A program made the translations under genes and the position numbers. The notes beneath the pieces were generated by a model. That model did not search any database, was not told where the DNA came from, and saw nothing but the letters and a program-made list of their open reading frames with translations. From an uncultured virus (IMG/VR IMGVR_UViG_3300005077_000019) (lineage: Duplodnaviria; Heunggongvirae; Uroviricota; Caudoviricetes), in IMG/VR virus record IMGVR_UViG_3300005077_000019: 20,000 nt of DNA, one strand, 5' to 3'. This document shows positions 14,799 through 20,000 of this stretch, one piece after another (within the stretch, counting starts at the first letter, position 1; each line of letters begins with the position of its first letter).

Positions 14799-16499
14799 AT
14801 GGCCCTGCGTAAACCATTCGTACTCAGCACCGAAGGCTTCCACGAGGAGATGCCGGTCACGGACGCCCTCGATGTCGGGGCCATCACGATCAATGCCGCC
14901 GGCACCGGCATCGACATGAACAGCAAGAAGATCACCAACCTGGCCAACGGCACGGCAGCCAACGATGCGCTCAACAAGGCGCAGATCGAGGCACTGGTGT
15001 CCGGCGGTACGATCTTCAAAGAGCCGGTCCACGCCGAGGATCAGCTCATCAACGGAGCCTCTGGCGGCATCGCGGCTCTCGAGGTCCTCTACTTCGCCAA
15101 CCAGCCGGCAGTCGGTGACACCGTCATCTTCTACGACGGGACCAACACGCGGACCTACACGTTCGTGGCCAACCAGGGTGCGGAGTCGGCGGCGACGGAC
15201 GTCTCCATCGAGAGCGACGCGGTGACGGCCATGCAGCGGTTGGTCACCAGGATGAACGCGGACGCGGGCAACACCTGGTGGCACGGCTACATCCACACAT
15301 CCGGCGAGTTCAACACCACCGAGATCCACGTGATCGAGGAGGGCACCCCGGCGGACGCCCTCAGCACCAGCCGCATCTACGGCGTGTGGACGACCCAGGC
15401 CGACTGCCAGGTGGTTCCGTTCTCGGACGGCGCCCTCGCCATCGGCTACAACGAGGGTGTGAACTCCACGCTCCCGGCGGCGGACCCGACCTCGGGCCGG
15501 TTCGGCTTCGGCCGGGCCTACGCCAGCCTGGTGGACGGCGAGATCCACCTGGCGCTCGACATCAACGCCCAGTTCGCCTGGGAGGCCAGCGCCGACCAGT
15601 GGAACCAGATCTCCGGCGCCGGCGCCATCCCGGACGCGACCAGCGGCTCGGGCGGCGGCGTCAAGGGCCTCGCGACCTTCGACTCCGACAAGGGCCTGCA
15701 GGTCATCGCGAACGCGGTGGCCGAGGTCAAGCTCGCGGCCAACAAGGGCATCGAGTTCTCCAGCGGCGGTCTGGCGATCAAGGTCGCCGACACCGACGAG
15801 CTGTCGCTCGATGCCAACGGCCTCAACGTCGAGGGTGTGGACTCCAACTTCAAGATCAACGGCACGGCAGTCGGCAACACGGTCACGGCGCCCAACCTGG
15901 ACGACCTGACCGACGGCTCTTCGGCTGACCTGCTGCACACCCACACGGGCTCCAGCGTCAGCCTGAACCACTCCGACCTCGGCGGCATCGGGGCGGACGA
16001 CCACCACAACCGCTCGCACGACCTCGAGAGCACGTCCGACCACACCACCAGCGGCGGTGTGGCGGGTCACGTGCTCACGCAGACCGGCGCGACCACCTTC
16101 GCCTTCCAGGCTCCTGGCCCCGCGCCCGAGTCCCCGAAGGTCGAGGACACGCGCAACACGTCGACCGACACCACGGTCAACGGCGACCCGGTCTACTTCA
16201 ACGGCAACGACGTCGTGGGCAAGGCGCGGGCGGACACGGACAGCAAGGCCCGTGTCATCGGCGTCATCCGCACGGGTGGCGGTGCGGCGCCGACGGCGGT
16301 GGAGATCGTCACGCTGGGTCCATGCGCAGGCGTCCTCGGTGGCGGCGGCGTGGCGAACACGCCCTACTACCTGCAGGCGGCTGGTGGCATCGGTACGTCG
16401 CTCCCGACGGGAAACACGCGCGTCGTCCAGATCGGCAAGGCGATCAACGCCAACGACCTGTTCGTGCAGATCATCGACTACGGCAAAAAGGCGGCGTGA
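14799..16499 (+). CDS. Trimeric virion fibre (head or tail fibre)
   Basis: Contains a YadA/Hia-type neck motif (IDMNSKKITNLANGTAANDALNKAQ), beta-spiral-like repeats (DKGLQV, NKGIEF, GGLAIK, NGLNV), His motifs (LHTH, DDHH) and a DUF2190-like C-terminal domain. Confidence 0.75.
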   Translation: MALRKPFVLSTEGFHEEMPVTDALDVGAITINAAGTGIDMNSKKITNLANGTAANDALNKAQIEALVSGGTIFKEPVHAEDQLINGASGGIAALEVLYFANQPAVGDTVIFYDGTNTRTYTFVANQGAESAATDVSIESDAVTAMQRLVTRMNADAGNTWWHGYIHTSGEFNTTEIHVIEEGTPADALSTSRIYGVWTTQADCQVVPFSDGALAIGYNEGVNSTLPAADPTSGRFGFGRAYASLVDGEIHLALDINAQFAWEASADQWNQISGAGAIPDATSGSGGGVKGLATFDSDKGLQVIANAVAEVKLAANKGIEFSSGGLAIKVADTDELSLDANGLNVEGVDSNFKINGTAVGNTVTAPNLDDLTDGSSADLLHTHTGSSVSLNHSDLGGIGADDHHNRSHDLESTSDHTTSGGVAGHVLTQTGATTFAFQAPGPAPESPKVEDTRNTSTDTTVNGDPVYFNGNDVVGKARADTDSKARVIGVIRTGGGAAPTAVEIVTLGPCAGVLGGGGVANTPYYLQAAGGIGTSLPTGNTRVVQIGKAINANDLFVQIIDYGKKAA

Positions 16500-16518
16500 C
16501 CCGCTTAGGTGATTCTGC

Positions 16519-16565
16519 TTGACCTGCTTACCGCAGAGGGCTACGGTCCGTACTTCACAGGAGGT
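16519..16565 (+). promoter_or_regulatory. Sigma70-type promoter TTGACC-N17-TACGGT and SD for the HNH gene
   Basis: TTGACC at 16519-16524, TACGGT at 16542-16547, AGGAGGT at 16559-16565, TTG start at 16571. Confidence 0.55.
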
Positions 16566-16570
16566 GACTC

Positions 16571-17059
16571 TTGGCGAAGTACGGACCGGCGCCCAAACCT
16601 GTTGAGGAGCGTTTCTGGCCCAAGGTCAGGAAGACCAAGACATGCTGGCCCTGGGAGGGTACGACGAACAACATGGGCTACGGGATGTTCATGAGGGTCA
16701 GCCCAAAAAAGGAGCTGGCGCATAGGGTCTCCTGGCTTCTCACGCATGGTGAGATACCGGCTGGGAAGAACATCCTCCACAAGTGCGACAATCCCGCCTG
16801 CGTTCGCCCCGATCATCTTTTCATCGGGACCAAGAAAGACAACACACGAGACATGATCAAGAAGGGGCGCAACAGGTACGTTGCGCATCCGGGGGAGAAG
16901 AATGGCAACGCCAAGCTCACGAAGAGAAAAGTGCTGGAGATCAGAAAGGTCTGCGAGACCGGGAAAATCTCACAGGCAGCTTTGGCAGAGCTGTACGGTG
17001 TCAGCCAGGCCCTTATAGGGTTCGTGATCACACGTCGGGCATGGAAGCACGTGAAGTAG
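16571..17059 (+). CDS. HNH homing endonuclease (HNH_3 type) with C-terminal HTH DNA-binding domain
   Basis: ERFWPKV...CWPWEG...GYG...AHRVSW...ILHKCDNPACVRPDHLFIGTKKDNTRDM, followed by GEKNGNAKLT...SQAALAELYGVSQALIG...AWKHV. Confidence 0.92.
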   Translation: MAKYGPAPKPVEERFWPKVRKTKTCWPWEGTTNNMGYGMFMRVSPKKELAHRVSWLLTHGEIPAGKNILHKCDNPACVRPDHLFIGTKKDNTRDMIKKGRNRYVAHPGEKNGNAKLTKRKVLEIRKVCETGKISQAALAELYGVSQALIGFVITRRAWKHVK

Positions 17060-18814
17060 ATGCCAGCGAATCCTGACAGCCTGGAAATCGTCCAGCTTGA
17101 AAAGCAGGAGTCTGCTGCGCTCGGGGGCGACGCCGGGGATGAGCAGCCTTTTGCTGTTCCACTCGATCCTACCGAAGACATGATCGAGGTTGCTGGCGTC
17201 ACGTTCGTAGAGGCCGGCGACACGCGGCCGATTCGAACACGCGCCATCTGGCCCGACGGCAACGATCTCCGCTTCCGTGATCCTAACAATCCGGGTAGCG
17301 GTCTGACCCTCTCTCAACTTGCCGCAGGGGCATTGTGGTCCCTTGTCAGCGGTTACTTACAACCGCTAACCAATGGGCAAGGAGTCAGGCTCTACGATTC
17401 TACCGGCAACCAATGGGCCATACTGGAGCGCTCAGGAGGCAACTTCTCGATCAGCGTTGGAGGTACAGACGCTCAAGCACTGTACAAGAACTGCAAGAAG
17501 GAGGTGACGCAACTCAGCGGCACGACCACGGCAGAGTATGCTGAAGTCAGTAATGGCGTGGATGCGAGTTGTCACACGATCTACGCCGACAGAACGACGA
17601 AACTCTACGGCCGCCAAAGACACACCAACGCAGGAAGTGCTTCCGAGTACATGGACGTCGGCCGTGATGCTGCGCAAGGTTACATCTACGTGTACGGAGG
17701 ATCCCAACTTCTCCAACTCACACAGAAGATGTTAGATGCTCGCCTTAGTGGGCTTTCCACGTCTGAGTTCTTCCGTGTGCTCAGCGACCTCGGGGATTGC
17801 TTCAGAGTCTTTGCCAATCGCACAGCTCGCTTCTACGGCGACGTGACGCACGAGGGCAATGTACTCCCAGACGTGGTCAACACGCGCGATCTTGGTACAA
17901 GCGCACTGCGATGGCGCAATGCGTATCTTCGAGGCACCCTCAACATTGACAGTGGAACGTTCGCGAGCACGCAGTTACGGCATGGTGTACTTGAGACCGT
18001 CAACACTGCGTTGCTCATCAACGGAGGGTTCGGACTCAGTTTCAGCATCTCCAATGTCATCGGAGATGCGATCGCTAAGTTCATCGGCAATGCTGCATCA
18101 CAACGTCATCGTGTCAGAGGGTACTACGGCACCGGCACGGGCAATACGTGGCTTGATATCTCGCACAACGGCACAAATGGCGAGATTGCCTGCGGACAAG
18201 GCCATATCGTTCTCACAGCCAAGGAACGATCAGTCGTGCCCCCATCTAGTTCTGTAGATCCACCAAGCATGATCGAGGGAGGCATTTGGCATCACAACGT
18301 TGACAACAAATTCAGAGGTCGGCTCAACAGTGTCACGCGGGACTTCTCGATGGAGTTCCCTCCGGCAGCAACGAATCCCGCGAGCGGAATGGTTGACGGG
18401 GACCGGTACTACAACACGACGCTCAAGCGTTGGATGTCCTACGACAGCTCTCGCGCCAAGTGGTTCACTGAGAGTGCTCGCTTCGGAGCAGGTTACCAGG
18501 GAACTCTTGCGCTCTCCGCGTACCTTAGAGCCGAAGGTTACGTGCAGATGTCAGCTTCTCTTGGCTGGGTTACTCATACAGCGGGGACGATCGTCGGGTT
18601 CGGATGGACTCGAGGGGACTCCGACGCGGCTACCTTTGAACTCTGTGCGAATGGAGTTGCTTTGACTGAGATAGCCTCTGCTGCGGTCCGAGGCTACGAC
18701 ATGTCGTTGAATGCAGACTTCGCTGCGAATGTCGTGCTGAGTGTCCGTAACAAGAGCACTGGTAATGCAATGACCAACCCACTCGTGTGGGTCGAAGTGC
18801 GTTGGAGAGTGTGA
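17060..18814 (+). CDS. Tail fibre / receptor-binding-like protein
   Basis: 584 aa, rich in Gly/Ser/Thr/Asn. Fibre motifs GNVLPDVVNTRDLGTSALRWRNAY and P...GDRYYNTT..RW..YD, plus internal repeats. Starts immediately after the HNH TAG. Confidence 0.7.
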   Translation: MPANPDSLEIVQLEKQESAALGGDAGDEQPFAVPLDPTEDMIEVAGVTFVEAGDTRPIRTRAIWPDGNDLRFRDPNNPGSGLTLSQLAAGALWSLVSGYLQPLTNGQGVRLYDSTGNQWAILERSGGNFSISVGGTDAQALYKNCKKEVTQLSGTTTAEYAEVSNGVDASCHTIYADRTTKLYGRQRHTNAGSASEYMDVGRDAAQGYIYVYGGSQLLQLTQKMLDARLSGLSTSEFFRVLSDLGDCFRVFANRTARFYGDVTHEGNVLPDVVNTRDLGTSALRWRNAYLRGTLNIDSGTFASTQLRHGVLETVNTALLINGGFGLSFSISNVIGDAIAKFIGNAASQRHRVRGYYGTGTGNTWLDISHNGTNGEIACGQGHIVLTAKERSVVPPSSSVDPPSMIEGGIWHHNVDNKFRGRLNSVTRDFSMEFPPAATNPASGMVDGDRYYNTTLKRWMSYDSSRAKWFTESARFGAGYQGTLALSAYLRAEGYVQMSASLGWVTHTAGTIVGFGWTRGDSDAATFELCANGVALTEIASAAVRGYDMSLNADFAANVVLSVRNKSTGNAMTNPLVWVEVRWRV

Positions 18815-19299
18815 TGCCTAAAGTGATCACAAGGATGACCCTGTTGATCGAGTGCCTGGGCGACCCACTCGGTCCTGTGAATTATGGAGCAGCTTACGTG
18901 GTTCAAGAAGGAGGTCGCGAGTACCACAGGCTTCTCGAGCTTGAGAACTTTGACGGCTTTCAGTCTCAAGGCGAGGCCGTTGATGCGGCTGTTGACGCGG
19001 TCGAGTCGATCGAAGGGGTTGAAGTTTCTTTAGGCGACATCCTCAAGAAAGTGTATCTGGTCGCCGCGTACAATAAGGACGGCACTATCAAATCTGAGTC
19101 GTGGTACGACACGGATAATGGTGACGGCACCTACGTTGGAATCGTTGAGCAAACAACCTACGCATACGATAAAAACAAGTTGATCTCAAAAACGTTGCAG
19201 CGGTACTGGGCAGATGGTTCTCCGAATGGAGATCCAATTACCTGGACGTACTACTACAACGAACTGCTCGGTCAAGTGATCGAGAAGTTGGAGCTGTGA
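18814..19299 (+). CDS. Hypothetical protein with Tyr-rich YD-like beta-meander C-half
   Basis: Start moved to ATG 18814 (TGATG overlap). C-half reads YNKDGTIKSESWY...QTTYAYDKNKLISKT...WTYYY. Confidence 0.7.
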   Translation: MPKVITRMTLLIECLGDPLGPVNYGAAYVVQEGGREYHRLLELENFDGFQSQGEAVDAAVDAVESIEGVEVSLGDILKKVYLVAAYNKDGTIKSESWYDTDNGDGTYVGIVEQTTYAYDKNKLISKTLQRYWADGSPNGDPITWTYYYNELLGQVIEKLEL

Positions 19300-20000
19300 T
19301 GGAAACTCTTGGTCGACCTCTACCTCCTGCTGAGAATGGATATCCTGTTGTTCTGAGTCGTAGGGTTTCGCGACCCAAGCTCACATTCATCACGCCCAAC
19401 TGGTGTGACCGCACGACCTGGTACTCGCAGGCCGTCTACGTCGAGGACGAGGTGGCCACGGACAGCGGTGACCACACGACCTACAACCTCGCGCACCAGG
19501 ACGTGATCGACACCTACCACGGCAAGATCACCTTCGAGGACGTGCTCAAGGACTCCGAGGGTCGCAGCTACCGGGTGGCTGTGAAGGTCGATGACATGGC
19601 GAAGGTCGAACAGGACCCGCACACGGGCTCTGGCGGCGACTTCACCGTGGACTATGCGGCGGGGACGATCACCTTCCTGACGCCGCTGGCCGGGACGGAG
19701 GTGGTGAAGGTCACGCACCACTACGCGAACGGCAGCACGTTCGTGGTCGCGCCCATCACCGGCAAGACCCTCATGGTGGAGACCGTCGAGGTGCAGTGCA
19801 GCGACGACCTGGAGATGAACGACACGTTCGTCTTCCAGGCGTACGGGCTGGTGGATGTGTTCGCGCCCCAGCTCATGCAGCCGCCCTACAACATTCCCTC
19901 GGGGACCAAGATCCCTCTCGGTGACCCGCTGAAGTACAAGACGATCAACGACATCGTCAACGACTCGAACAAGAGCTACCCGGCCTACCCCGCGCTCGGT
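19299..20000 (+). CDS. Virion structural protein, 3'-truncated (absent from the ORF track)
   Basis: ATG 19299 (TGATG overlap) opens a frame running 234 codons to the window end: METLGRPLPPAENGYPVV...TPNWCDRTTWY...GDFTVDYAAGTITFLTPLAGTEVVKVTHHY. The D.TVDY..G.ITF pattern is typical of phage baseplate/structural Ig-like domains. Confidence 0.8.
   Translation, partial: METLGRPLPPAENGYPVVLSRRVSRPKLTFITPNWCDRTTWYSQAVYVEDEVATDSGDHTTYNLAHQDVIDTYHGKITFEDVLKDSEGRSYRVAVKVDDMAKVEQDPHTGSGGDFTVDYAAGTITFLTPLAGTEVVKVTHHYANGSTFVVAPITGKTLMVETVEVQCSDDLEMNDTFVFQAYGLVDVFAPQLMQPPYNIPSGTKIPLGDPLKYKTINDIVNDSNKSYPAYPALG

Noticed and set aside
16500..17059. Group I intron around the HNH gene
   Set aside because: The flanking genes end and start cleanly, and there is no space for or sign of a P7/catalytic core.
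17060..20000. Diversity-generating retroelement acting on the fibre genes
   Set aside because: No reverse transcriptase and no template/variable repeat pair differing at adenines were seen in this window.
1..20000. CRISPR array, tRNA/rRNA genes, IS elements or alternative genetic code
   Set aside because: I noticed no regularly spaced repeats, cloverleafs or transposase. TAG, TGA and TAA all end tightly packed genes under code 11.

Overview
This 20 kb, GC-rich, densely coding window reads as part of a large tailed (myovirus-like, possibly jumbo) phage genome. I see no host housekeeping genes, integrase, tRNA/rRNA or CRISPR. From left to right it contains: a 5'-truncated coiled-coil gene; a Zn-ribbon gene; a minus-strand ATP-dependent DNA ligase with a WGR-like N-domain and degenerate motifs; two small genes; an intergenic region with a strongly structured minus-strand RNA/micro-ORF; and a tail/baseplate block (1265-aa tape-measure-like protein, tube-initiator-like protein, 1068-aa gp27/VgrG-type hub). 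After that come small proteins sharing an F-D-E-L-x-K-L-[AG] motif, a group-3 (FliA/SigF-like) sigma-70 factor, an apparently chimeric coiled-coil/decoration-domain gene, a mosaic trimeric fibre, a free-standing HNH endonuclease with its own promoter, a lower-GC fibre cassette and a 3'-truncated structural gene. The most notable signals are the antisense structured RNA behind a TATAAG promoter, the repeated back-to-back promoter design, the shared N-terminal motif that extends to the sigma factor, and the in-frame fusion junction near 14025. All product calls come from manual motif recognition, not database searches.
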